Part shown: positions 1 through 7,886 of the stretch, in pieces | Position numbering within the stretch: position 1 is the stretch's first letter | Layout: every line of letters begins with the position of its first letter | Virus record (IMG/VR): IMGVR_UViG_3300045988_144194 | Source of the DNA: a virus | Length of the DNA stretch: 39,237 bases | Strand: one strand, 5' to 3' | Made by a program: the position numbers and the translations under genes | Notes under the pieces: model-generated | The model's input: the letters and a program-made list of their open reading frames with translations, nothing else | What the model was told of the DNA's origin: nothing | Databases searched by the model: none

Positions 1-316
1 TACGCGGGCATGGGGTCGGTGGTGCGCCATACGCCGGTGCATCCCGCATACGCGTTGTTCGGGTTGCCGAGCATGACCACACGGCCCGTATGCTCGCCGT
101 AGAGGATGAACGTGGTGTTGCCGCCGAACACGGCGATGGGAACGTTCGACGTTTCCGCTGGACGATACCCCACGGGTATGGTCTCCCGCGCCTGTGTGTA
201 GTTGTTCTCGCCGCTCTGGTTGAATTTCACGTTGCCGCCCGCGAAGCAGATATCACCCACGCGCGTCAGCGAAATACTGTTGTTGCTGTAGGGGACCCTC
301 CATGTCGTGGAACGCT
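1..316 (-). other. Silent alternative tail-fibre C-terminal cassette B (left copy), truncated by the window edge
   Basis: Read from the 15-bp site in the DSLT register, the frame stays open for about 105 codons to the window edge with strongly GC-rich third positions (DSLTQRSTTWRVPYSNNSISLTRVGDICFAGGNVKFNQSGENNYTQARETIPVGYRPAETSNVPIAVFGGNTTFILYGEHTGRVVMLGNPNNAYAGCTGVWRTTDPMPA...). It has no start codon, so it is absent from the ORF track. Confidence 0.6.
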
Positions 317-331
317 GGGTTAGGGAATCCC
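317..331. repeat. Recombination-site candidate L2, GGGTTAGGGAATCCC
   Basis: One of four identical 15-mers in the window. It overlaps the TAG stop of cassette A and precedes cassette B. It contains the imperfect palindrome GGGA-A-TCCC. Confidence 0.7.
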
Positions 332-1104
332 TATCCGCGCCACATGACGGCCCAGTTGACGCGGATAGGTGCCGTGTTTTTACCGTCGAACATGACATCG
401 ATACGGTTTCCGCTTCTCGTGACACGCACCGAGGTGACTTGACGGCCGTTCGCGTCCCAGTCCCCGTTCATGGCGGAAATGCAAACGTCATCGCCCCAAT
501 TACGGCCGAACTGTTGCCGGAACTGGCTGAACGTCCATAGGGTCGCATAACCGCCTGAGCCAGCATCATAGAGCACGCTGCTACCCGTGTAGAGATGCAA
601 CGGGGTTAGGGAATCCCACACGTCGCTCATCGGCTTCAACACGTTGAACAATGCGACTGGTGTGCCGATGGTGATACCGTCCAGCGGGATGCGGTACAAG
701 GGCATGTCGTAGGTGGTGCCCCCGTCCAACGGGCTGGTGGTGTTCACGGCGGGGTCGGTGGGCGTGCCCGTGGTGGGCGTGCCCCTGACCACGACCAGTT
801 TCGCGCTCTCGATGTTCTGCGAGCCCTTCGCATAGCGGCATACGATCAGGTCGTTGCGTTTCTGACCCTGCGACCCGTTGGTGACGATCAGGTCCTCGGG
901 CGTGCCCTGGCTGACGTGACGGCCCTGCATGACCAGCTCGCCCGTGCCGATGGTCACCTTGTTCGCGCTGACTACCGTGATTTCGAACTTGTTGTGCACG
1001 TTCAGGACATAATCGTCCAAGCCGAGAATGCCGGCGTTCAAACCAGCGGCCTGTTCCGCCGTGGCGTGAGCCTTGTTCGCGTGCCCGGTGACGAGTTCAA
1101 CCAT
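331..1104 (-). CDS. Tail fibre / receptor-binding protein, made of a constant N-terminal part (1104-618) fused to cassette A (last 89 aa)
   Basis: Last gene of the tail module. The ATG at 1104 follows a GGAGG and overlaps the upstream stop (AATGGTTGA). The sequence becomes part of the 617-bp repeat exactly at the 15-bp site (..VWDSLT|PLHLYTG..). Confidence 0.8.
   Translation of the reverse strand: MVELVTGHANKAHATAEQAAGLNAGILGLDDYVLNVHNKFEITVVSANKVTIGTGELVMQGRHVSQGTPEDLIVTNGSQGQKRNDLIVCRYAKGSQNIESAKLVVVRGTPTTGTPTDPAVNTTSPLDGGTTYDMPLYRIPLDGITIGTPVALFNVLKPMSDVWDSLTPLHLYTGSSVLYDAGSGGYATLWTFSQFRQQFGRNWGDDVCISAMNGDWDANGRQVTSVRVTRSGNRIDVMFDGKNTAPIRVNWAVMWRG
603..617. repeat. Recombination-site candidate L1, GGGTTAGGGAATCCC, inside the tail-fibre gene
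   Basis: Same 15-mer as 317-331, and inverted relative to 38621-38635 and 38907-38921. It encodes the conserved DSLT junction. Confidence 0.75.
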
Positions 1105-1339
1105 TCCGCTTGCCTCCGTTCTGCATCCAACTGTCGAAGCTGTTATCAAAGTCCTTGAGCTTGTTCACATAGTCCGCGTAATCCTGATCGCAAAACAGGT
1201 AGTCGTGGCCCGTGCCGGAGGAGTCCAACCGGTTGACGTTGTACCACGTCTTGATATCCGGATCGTCCAAGTCCTTGTACCATTTGTTTCTGCCGCAACG
1301 GTCGCATTGCATGACCGTCGCATTGTCGATACGCGCCAT
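1097..1339 (-). CDS. Small Cys-containing tail-module protein, function unknown
   Basis: 80-aa ORF lying between the Tal-like and fibre genes. It carries a CDRCG motif and is translationally coupled to the fibre gene. Confidence 0.55.
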   Translation of the reverse strand: MARIDNATVMQCDRCGRNKWYKDLDDPDIKTWYNVNRLDSSGTGHDYLFCDQDYADYVNKLKDFDNSFDSWMQNGGKRNG

Positions 1340-1356
1340 AATCGGCTCCTTACTGT

Positions 1357-2319
1357 TTACTCGGCCCCGTAATCGACGCTTAGGACGCCGTCGGAGACCT
1401 TGACGATTTTCTTGCTGATAGTCGCGTTGACGGTGATGCCCATGAGATTATCCCTTGCGGTCACGGTGTCGCCAACGTCGAACACGATGCCCGAATCCTC
1501 ATGCACGGTGACCTTCACCTCACCCTCGGACTGCAAGTCCTGAAGTTTCTTCTTCGTGTTCTTCGCCAACTCGTCCGCCTCGGCCGACGAATAGTCGTAC
1601 ACTTGGGCAATCTCGTCCAAACCCTTGAACGTCTGGGTTTGGCTGACGTTGCCTTTCGCGTCCGCGTACCAGTGGACGACCACGCGGGCCGCCAAATCGC
1701 CCTTGCCCAAACCGATCAGGTGATTCGGCTTCCTCCACGTGCGCGTCGCGTCGAAATCGATGAGGTCACTGTCAATCGAATCGCCGTAATGCGCGACAGG
1801 CTCAGCCCAGATGTTGACCCGGCCGGACGCATAGGCAAGCCTGAGTTTCAGTCCGTTGGCCGCGCACATCCTCCGCAAACCCGTATAGCAGTCCGTGTAG
1901 CGGTCGAACCGGTAGCTTTTGATGGTCTGCGCGCCGGCAGTGGGCGAGTCCACCGCGTCGAACACGCCGTCAAGGCCGACGCGACTGATGAGCGAGCCGA
2001 TGACCGTGCTGGCCGTGCCGCTCACGGTGAGATAATCCTTGCCCTTATCAGGCTCCAAAATCTTGTTCGCCAACATGCCGTGCCACGTGCGACCGCCGTA
2101 GGTGAGGGTGCTGCGGCCGTCCTTCAGCGAGTCCTTCAGGGAGTCCACGACGCCCCCGCATTCGCCGCCGTCGAAATACACGTAGCTACCGGCATCGATG
2201 AGCCGGTCCACGGTCAGTTCGAAATCGTTCTCGTCCGCGCCCCACGCGGCGTCGAGCGTGAAGTCCTCAAGGCTGGCTTGGTCCACGTGGCTCGCATCGG
2301 TGACGATCAGTTCCGCCAT
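1357..2319 (-). CDS. Tail-associated / baseplate protein (Tal-like position)
   Basis: Sits downstream of the Dit-like gene. The ATG at 2319 (MAELIVTDASH..) overlaps the upstream gene end. Call rests on synteny. Confidence 0.6.
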   Translation of the reverse strand: MAELIVTDASHVDQASLEDFTLDAAWGADENDFELTVDRLIDAGSYVYFDGGECGGVVDSLKDSLKDGRSTLTYGGRTWHGMLANKILEPDKGKDYLTVSGTASTVIGSLISRVGLDGVFDAVDSPTAGAQTIKSYRFDRYTDCYTGLRRMCAANGLKLRLAYASGRVNIWAEPVAHYGDSIDSDLIDFDATRTWRKPNHLIGLGKGDLAARVVVHWYADAKGNVSQTQTFKGLDEIAQVYDYSSAEADELAKNTKKKLQDLQSEGEVKVTVHEDSGIVFDVGDTVTARDNLMGITVNATISKKIVKVSDGVLSVDYGAE

Positions 2320-3137
2320 GGTGGCTCGCTTTCCTCCTGATAGACGGTCAAATCGACGCCGAAGCCGCTCCACTGCACGATGGAATCGCCAGCCGGTATC
2401 GGCTGGAAGATGTATTCGCCCCCGTTGAGACCGGTTCCGCGCCGGCCCTTGTCGAACACGTTGGTCTCGTCGCCGTTCTCGGCGGTCATGACGATGGTGC
2501 GACGGCCTGCAATCGAGGTGACGGTCACGTAGGAGCCCGAGGGTATGTCCATGTCGAGCGCGTACGTGTTGCCGCCCAACGTGAGTTGCGGGTTCGACAC
2601 CGGTCCGAATATCACCATCTGGAACGGCATGGCAGTGGGCATGGGATTCGAGGCCACCGCATTCCTCGTGGTCGCCAGATAATCATGCGGATAATCATGC
2701 GGATAGTCGAGGTCCAGTCCGGGCGTGAGCGCGTCGCTCCAGAAGTGCTGCGATTCCCAGGCCTTACGCCAGATGCCGTCAAGCATGACCACGGTGAGCT
2801 TCTGCTGGATTATCACCGGCGTGATGGTCTGCGGCTCCGCCTTGACCACGTAGGCGCGAGTCGTCCAGCCGTCAGCATCAAACATGCCCGGCGTTCCTGC
2901 GGCAACGTCGGCATCGAACAGGCGGCGCGTCGAATCCACCTTCTCGGGGCAGCGGACATAGGTTAGGTCAAGCTCGGCCTCGCGCGCCGTACGACTTACT
3001 CCGGTCAGACTCCGGTATCCGATGGTGTACGACCATTCGCGACCGCGCAGCCCATCCGCCGTCTGGGCCCAGGTATCGGGCCCTTCCAGTGGGATCGTCT
3101 CACCGGTCGAGGCGCATATATAACTAAGCGATCGCAT
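2307..3137 (-). CDS. Distal tail protein (Dit-like)
   Basis: Lies immediately downstream of the tape measure gene and has the size typical of siphovirus Dit. Call rests on synteny. Confidence 0.6.
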   Translation of the reverse strand: MRSLSYICASTGETIPLEGPDTWAQTADGLRGREWSYTIGYRSLTGVSRTAREAELDLTYVRCPEKVDSTRRLFDADVAAGTPGMFDADGWTTRAYVVKAEPQTITPVIIQQKLTVVMLDGIWRKAWESQHFWSDALTPGLDLDYPHDYPHDYLATTRNAVASNPMPTAMPFQMVIFGPVSNPQLTLGGNTYALDMDIPSGSYVTVTSIAGRRTIVMTAENGDETNVFDKGRRGTGLNGGEYIFQPIPAGDSIVQWSGFGVDLTVYQEESEPPWRN

Positions 3138-6042
3138 TGCGTATCACCCTTCCGAGTTCACGACCATCCACCTCGATGCCAAGCTTCTCCATAATCAGCG
3201 GCATATCCGCGTGCAGTGAGCGCAGCTCCGATAGGAGTTCGCCGAGTAGTTCGCCGGACTGGTTCTGGTATGTGCCGTTCGCGGTGCCTGTGCCGACGCC
3301 CGAGCGTGGCGTGTCCATGCCGTGCATGAGTTCCATGCTGGCCGGGCTGATCGCGGCGCGGGTGGCGTCCACGAGGCCGGCCCGGCGTTGGAGCATGCCC
3401 TCGGCCAGACCGTCGATGATGCTTTGGCCGGAGTAGAGGGTCCAGCCGTGGCCGCTGAACGGGCCTTCCTTCGCCGGGGAGTGCGGGAACAGTTTCGAGA
3501 TGGCCTCCATCGCGTTGGATGCGGCGTCAACGGCGGCGCTGATGCCGTTCCTGATGCCTTGGGCGAGACCGTCCATGATGCTGCGGCCGGATGAGAGGAG
3601 CCACGAGCCAGCGTTGGAGAACAGGCTTTGTATGCGTCCGGGCAGGCTCTGCAATGTGCCGGTGATGCCTTGCAGGAACTGGTTGCCGGCGTTGCGTGCG
3701 CCCGCCCCCATCTGTCCGCCCCATGCCTGTACGCTGCTTATCGCGCCGGTCAGCCATTGCCAGATTCGTCCGGGCAGCGACTGAAGCCATTGGCCAAGCC
3801 CGGTCAGGAACCGGCTTCCCGCGTCTCCGGCCTGCGCCATCATCTGTCTTCCCCATGCCTGCACGTTCTGGATGGTTTGAGTCAGCCATGTCCAGATTTG
3901 TGACGGCAGCTGCTGTATCCAGTTCGATAGGTTCGTCACGAAGTTCTGTCCGGCTTCCATCGCCTTGGAACCCAGTTGTTGGGCGAACGCGATGGGGAGC
4001 ATGATGGCGTAGCCGAGCCAGTAGCCGATGGTCTGCGGCAGCTGCTGGAACCATTGGCCGATGTTGGTCAGGAACTGGCTCCCCGCGTCCATGGCCTTCT
4101 GCGGCAATGATTGGAACCATTGTCCGATTTCGTCGAGCTTGGCCTTCACCGGTTCCACGAACGTGGAAAAGAAGCCGTTGACGGCGTTGGCCCCGGCGTC
4201 GCCGGAGAACAAGCCGAACAGGTTGCCGGCCATGTCGGCCAGCGAGCCCATCGGGTCGAGCAGGAATCCGATCACCTGGCCGAGGATGGGGAACTTCTCG
4301 TTGAGCCAGTCGATGCCGTCGGCGAGTTTGCCGACCGCCGACGCGATGCCGTCCAACACTCCGGCGACGGTCTCGACCACATTGGCGACCGCCCCGATGT
4401 ACGCGACGAATCCTTTCGCGGCGGCGGCGGCCGTGTCGAGCCCGTCACCCGCCCCTTCGGCGGACTTCTTGCCGCCGTCCAACGCCTTGCCGAGCCGTTT
4501 CAATGAGCCGAGGGCGTCGCCGAGCGCGGAGAATATGCGTTCGAGCGCGTCCATCCACGTGTCCAATGCGCCGCTGTCGGAGAGAGTGTCGGTGAATTTT
4601 TTCACCCATTCGGCCACGCGTTTGAGCTGGTCGGCCATCTTCTGCACGAGGTCGGCCGCGACCTTGATAACCGCACCCAGCAGTTCCGCGGAGCCCTTGG
4701 CCGAGTCGAAGCGGCCGGCCGCTGATTCGGCCATGTCGCCGGCACCACGGAAGGCGTCAGCGACGTCGCCGATAGCGTCGAACAGGCTGCCCAACGCGCC
4801 GGCAAGCTGCTGCACGGCCCCGGTGTCTTTCAGTGCGGCGATGAACTTGCTCCACCATTCGACGGTGTCGGCCACCCAGTCCGCGAAGTCGGAGAACACC
4901 GTGCCCACGTATTTGAGCACGTCCTCGATGGCGGAGACTATCGCGCCGTCCGGCACGAGGCCCTTGAACGACCCGGCGATGCGGTCTACCGCCTCGGTGA
5001 CGCGGCTGCGCGCGGATTCGAACGCCGTGGAGATGGTGTCCTTGAACCGGGTTATCGCGCCGGTCTTGTCGAGCTTGTCGTACAGGCCCTTGATCCACTT
5101 GCCCGCTTCGGAGAACTTCTTCTTCACGTCCGTGACCATGCTCGCGGCCGCGTCGCCCACCTTGCCGAACTGGGAGCTGAACCTGTTGATCGCGCCGGCG
5201 ATGTTCTCCACTCCGACGGCATCGATGACCTTCTGCACGGCCTTGGCGACGCGGTTCTTCACGTTCTCCATGGCCGTGCCGATGCCCTGCGTCGCGTCCT
5301 TGGCCTGCTGTGCGAACGAGGCGTATTTGCCGAAACCGTTCTGGTTGAGGTCCATGACGGCCTTGTTGAAGTCGTCGAAGCTGAACTTGCCGCTTTTCAT
5401 GGCCTCGTACAGGTCGTTCGCATTATGTCCCGCGCCCATCATGGCTTCGGCGACCTGATTGAGCTGGCCGGGCATGGCCGCCTGGATGCTGCGCCACGCC
5501 TGCATGTCCACCTTGCCGGCGGAGAGCATCTGCGTGTACTGGGTGAGCGCGTTCTCCTGCTCCATGGTCGAAGCGCCGCCGGCGAGCATGGCGTTATTGA
5601 ACGCCAAAGCGATGTCGGTGGCCTCGTCGAGGTTCGAGGTCAGTGGGGCGAGCTGCTGGACCATGCCGGTCATGGCCGAGCTGGTGGTGGGCAGACCGTC
5701 GAGCGCGTCACTGATCTTCTTGATGCTCGCGGCCGCATCGGTGGCCGAATATCCGAGGTTCTTCATGACCTTCGGGAAGTTGTTCATCTGGTCGGCGCGG
5801 TCAACTGCGGAACCAAGGCTGGACGTGACGACGGACGCGACCTTGCTGAACACGGTGGACGTGATGCCGGCCACGGCTCCGACCTTGGAGGCGAATCCGA
5901 CGGACAGTCCCTTGCCGATGCTCTGTCCGGTCTTACTGCCGGTGGTTTTGGATGCGTCGCCGAACGCTTTTTCAATGGCCTTGCCGACGCCATCCATGGA
6001 GGGCACGATGGGCACATATGCGGTGGCGAGATTATAGGCCAT
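3124..6042 (-). CDS. Tape measure protein
   Basis: 972 aa from the ATG at 6042. Ala/Gly-rich helical protein with internal roughly 40-aa repeats (QWFQ.LPQ.., AWG.QM.. motifs). Located after the chaperone pair. Confidence 0.9.
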   Translation of the reverse strand: MAYNLATAYVPIVPSMDGVGKAIEKAFGDASKTTGSKTGQSIGKGLSVGFASKVGAVAGITSTVFSKVASVVTSSLGSAVDRADQMNNFPKVMKNLGYSATDAAASIKKISDALDGLPTTSSAMTGMVQQLAPLTSNLDEATDIALAFNNAMLAGGASTMEQENALTQYTQMLSAGKVDMQAWRSIQAAMPGQLNQVAEAMMGAGHNANDLYEAMKSGKFSFDDFNKAVMDLNQNGFGKYASFAQQAKDATQGIGTAMENVKNRVAKAVQKVIDAVGVENIAGAINRFSSQFGKVGDAAASMVTDVKKKFSEAGKWIKGLYDKLDKTGAITRFKDTISTAFESARSRVTEAVDRIAGSFKGLVPDGAIVSAIEDVLKYVGTVFSDFADWVADTVEWWSKFIAALKDTGAVQQLAGALGSLFDAIGDVADAFRGAGDMAESAAGRFDSAKGSAELLGAVIKVAADLVQKMADQLKRVAEWVKKFTDTLSDSGALDTWMDALERIFSALGDALGSLKRLGKALDGGKKSAEGAGDGLDTAAAAAKGFVAYIGAVANVVETVAGVLDGIASAVGKLADGIDWLNEKFPILGQVIGFLLDPMGSLADMAGNLFGLFSGDAGANAVNGFFSTFVEPVKAKLDEIGQWFQSLPQKAMDAGSQFLTNIGQWFQQLPQTIGYWLGYAIMLPIAFAQQLGSKAMEAGQNFVTNLSNWIQQLPSQIWTWLTQTIQNVQAWGRQMMAQAGDAGSRFLTGLGQWLQSLPGRIWQWLTGAISSVQAWGGQMGAGARNAGNQFLQGITGTLQSLPGRIQSLFSNAGSWLLSSGRSIMDGLAQGIRNGISAAVDAASNAMEAISKLFPHSPAKEGPFSGHGWTLYSGQSIIDGLAEGMLQRRAGLVDATRAAISPASMELMHGMDTPRSGVGTGTANGTYQNQSGELLGELLSELRSLHADMPLIMEKLGIEVDGRELGRVIRNAIA

Positions 6043-6064
6043 TGTTTCGCCTTCCTCTGTTCGG

Positions 6065-6550
6065 TTATGGTTGTCCGGTCTGCGGCCGGTTCTCCACACG
6101 GTTCACGGTCGTGAACCGTTGGCTCATGAATCGGTCGAGCTGTTCGACGCTCATGCCAACGGCCTTGATGGTGCGCGTGCGACGGATGGTGTTGCCATCG
6201 GGTTCTGGGTTCTCTGATCCGGCTTCCATGGCCGGGCCGGTTGCTTCCGGCGTGGCGTGGTGTTGGCCGGGGCGTGGCAGCGGCCGGGGTTGCGGGCCGC
6301 GTTTCCTCGGGTCGCCGTTTGCCCAGATCCACTGGTTCATCTGTTCGATGCGCAGCACGGCCAGATACTGGTCGAACGTCCACGCGCGCGGCGTGTCCAA
6401 CGTCTGCCAGACGAGTGAGCCTGCGGGGAGGTTCGCGGCCAGTGCGGCCGTCTCCAACGGGTCCAGGTCGTGCATGCCGAGCCCGTACTCCCTTCTCATG
6501 TCCGCCGCCAACTGGTCAGGACAGCGGTCGAGCAGGAGCACGAGCGTCAT
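6065..6550 (-). CDS. Tail assembly chaperone T segment, probably made as a G-T fusion by -1 frameshift
   Basis: This ORF is in the -1 frame relative to 6547-6903. The slippery heptamer C CCA AAC sits 6 nt before the G stop. Confidence 0.75.
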   Translation of the reverse strand: MTLVLLLDRCPDQLAADMRREYGLGMHDLDPLETAALAANLPAGSLVWQTLDTPRAWTFDQYLAVLRIEQMNQWIWANGDPRKRGPQPRPLPRPGQHHATPEATGPAMEAGSENPEPDGNTIRRTRTIKAVGMSVEQLDRFMSQRFTTVNRVENRPQTGQP

Positions 6551-6903
6551 GAGTTTGGGAAAGCCTTACCCATCTCCTCGAACAGCTCGGTCAGGAAGGT
6601 GCCCATAGTTTCGCCGTCGATGCGCCCGTCTGCGCCTCGCAATCCGTTCTTGACCTTGTCGTATGAGTCGCCTAACAATCGGCGTAGGAACGGGATGATC
6701 TGCAAGGCGTTGCCCTTCGGATCGGCCTGAAGGTCATAGAGCGATTCCATGAACTCCCAATCGTCCAAAACCTTCGGGTCGATATCGATATCGATTCCAC
6801 GGACGTTGACACGGCGAACCGTATTCTTGGACTGCTTGTGGTCCTGTGGTCGTCCTGCAATCTGGCTGACATTGGCGCGGCGGTGGTTTCGGTTGCGTGA
6901 CAT
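6547..6903 (-). CDS. Tail assembly chaperone G
   Basis: Lies between the tail tube region and the tape measure gene. ATG at 6903 (MSRNRNHRR..). Conserved G/GT architecture. Confidence 0.75.
   Translation of the reverse strand: MSRNRNHRRANVSQIAGRPQDHKQSKNTVRRVNVRGIDIDIDPKVLDDWEFMESLYDLQADPKGNALQIIPFLRRLLGDSYDKVKNGLRGADGRIDGETMGTFLTELFEEMGKAFPNS
6553..6559 (-). promoter_or_regulatory. -1 slippery heptamer C CCA AAC (chaperone G/GT)
   Basis: The minus strand reads ttC CCA AAC TCA TGA in the zero frame. After a -1 slip it reads CCC AAA CTC ATG ACG.., which is the frame of 6065-6550. Confidence 0.7.
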
Positions 6904-7005
6904 TGACGTTCTCCTCGAAGAAAAAAAAATCTCTCCTTGACGGTTAAAAAAGAATTCCCCTCGCGGCAAGGAGAGAATGAAGGAATCCGCGAGGGGACGT
7001 GTTGG

Positions 7006-7314
7006 CTAGTCGAGCCGGTAGATGCGCGGGGTCAGGTCGATGTCCACGGTCTTCCCTTCGGCGACGAAAAGGCTGACCCCATAGTCGGCGGCTTCGAGCT
7101 TGACGGACGCGCCGCCCAGCTGGGAGGTATTATTGCCGTCGAGGAACCGACATCCGTAATTCCAGCCATTGCTGTTGTCGCACGTGAGCATGTAGGTGCC
7201 AGCGTCCAGTCTCACGGATGCGTCGACCTGCGCCCACGTGGTCGCCGTGCCCTTCACGTGCACGGTGTGCCCGTCCCTGCTGGTGAACGTGACGCCGTTG
7301 CTTGTCTTGGGCAA
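7006..7314 (-). CDS. Structural-module ORF (putative lectin/jelly-roll-like domain), paralogous to the C-terminal part of 7344-7886
   Basis: Shares the motifs G(V/L)T.T..DG..HV.GTAT..W and VSLF with the upstream ORF. It has only a TTG start and no Shine-Dalgarno sequence. Its frame is open upstream as far as the G8 tract. Confidence 0.5.
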   Translation of the reverse strand: MPKTSNGVTFTSRDGHTVHVKGTATTWAQVDASVRLDAGTYMLTCDNSNGWNYGCRFLDGNNTSQLGGASVKLEAADYGVSLFVAEGKTVDIDLTPRIYRLD

Positions 7315-7343
7315 CAGAGACGCGAACGAGGGCGCGAGGTTCG

Positions 7344-7886
7344 CTAGCTCATAGCCCCCCCCTTAAGGCTTGTGTTGTCGGGTTTCATCCAATCGTGCGC
7401 GGTAGTACCGGATTCCAACTGGATTCGGAGGTCGCCGTCCTTCGCGGTGGGCGTGGCCTCGGTGGAGATGACGTTGAGGAACAGGCTGACGGTGCCGGCA
7501 TGGATTGCCATGACACTGTTACCCAAGTTCATTTGGTCTCCCAGTTGCTGCCCCTTGGCGTCGAGGCACTTGATGTTGAAGCTCAAACCGTCGAGACTAG
7601 TGCCGCTGAGTTTCACGGTGCCCTGTACCGGGCATGGGAACGTCCACGACAGGCCACGCCATTGACCGGTGGCGGTGCCGGTGACATGCAATGACCCGTC
7701 ACTGTTAACGGTGGCGGTCAAACCGCTGCCCGACGCGGGGCCATAAGACAACAGGTTACGGGATTTGACCGTGACCGGCACCTTTTTGCTGATGTTCGGA
7801 TTGGTTGTCGACTTGATGGCGATTGTGGTGGTTCCGGGTTCCACACCGGTGACGCTTACCCCACCACTAAATACTTCATCAGCCAT
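7344..7886 (-). CDS. Tail/decoration protein that begins with the C-terminal half of a Big_2-type Ig-like domain
   Basis: The N-terminus ADEVFSGGVSVTGVEPGTTTIAIKSTTNPNISKKVPVTVKS resembles the second half of bacterial Ig-like group 2 domains. RBS AAAGGAG precedes the ATG at 7886. Confidence 0.7.
   Translation of the reverse strand: MADEVFSGGVSVTGVEPGTTTIAIKSTTNPNISKKVPVTVKSRNLLSYGPASGSGLTATVNSDGSLHVTGTATGQWRGLSWTFPCPVQGTVKLSGTSLDGLSFNIKCLDAKGQQLGDQMNLGNSVMAIHAGTVSLFLNVISTEATPTAKDGDLRIQLESGTTAHDWMKPDNTSLKGGAMS
7355..7362 (-). repeat. G8 homopolymer (C8 on the plus strand) at the junction of ORFs 7344-7886 and 7006-7314
   Basis: Counted directly from atagcccccc ccttaagg. The downstream ORF frame opens right after a TAA inside CTTAAGGGGGGGG and is -1 relative to the upstream ORF. 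Confidence 0.95.

Larger units (their letters stand above)
1..617. repeat. Left copy of a perfect 617-bp inverted repeat (partner 38621-39237)
   Basis: The reverse complement of 38621-39237 matches 1-617 base for base where checked. The track ORFs 90-323/38915-39148, 307-540/38698-38931 and the last 89 aa of 331-1149 versus 38638-38907 are identical. Identity stops at 618 on the left and 38620 on the right. Confidence 0.97.

Noticed and set aside
90-540. Track ORFs 90-323 and 307-540 (and their mirror copies at 38698-39148) inside the terminal repeat.
   Set aside because: They lie antisense to the tail-fibre cassettes A and B, which have far better coding character and a functional context. 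Their translations are Arg/Val/Gly-rich with no RBS.
1-617. Terminal inverted repeats of a transposon or IS element spanning the window.
   Set aside because: The repeat encodes tail-fibre C-terminal segments and there is no transposase. The only nearby recombinase is a tyrosine recombinase that abuts a short internal site, which fits site-specific inversion rather than transposition.
331-1104. A diversity-generating retroelement (template/variable repeat pair) acting on the tail fibre.
   Set aside because: The two copies are perfectly identical with no adenine-specific mismatches. No reverse transcriptase gene exists in the window.
4028-5458. A long plus-strand ORF (476 aa) antisense to the tape measure gene. 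Similar long antisense ORFs occur at 1501-2340, 10609-11580, 12133-13050, 14428-15945, 25679-27097, 27932-28858 and 36097-37248.
   Set aside because: These are mirror ORFs typical of high-GC DNA. They have Ala/Arg/Gly/Pro/Ser-rich low-complexity translations and no ribosome-binding sites. Each lies fully opposite a gene with a recognisable product and proper translational coupling.
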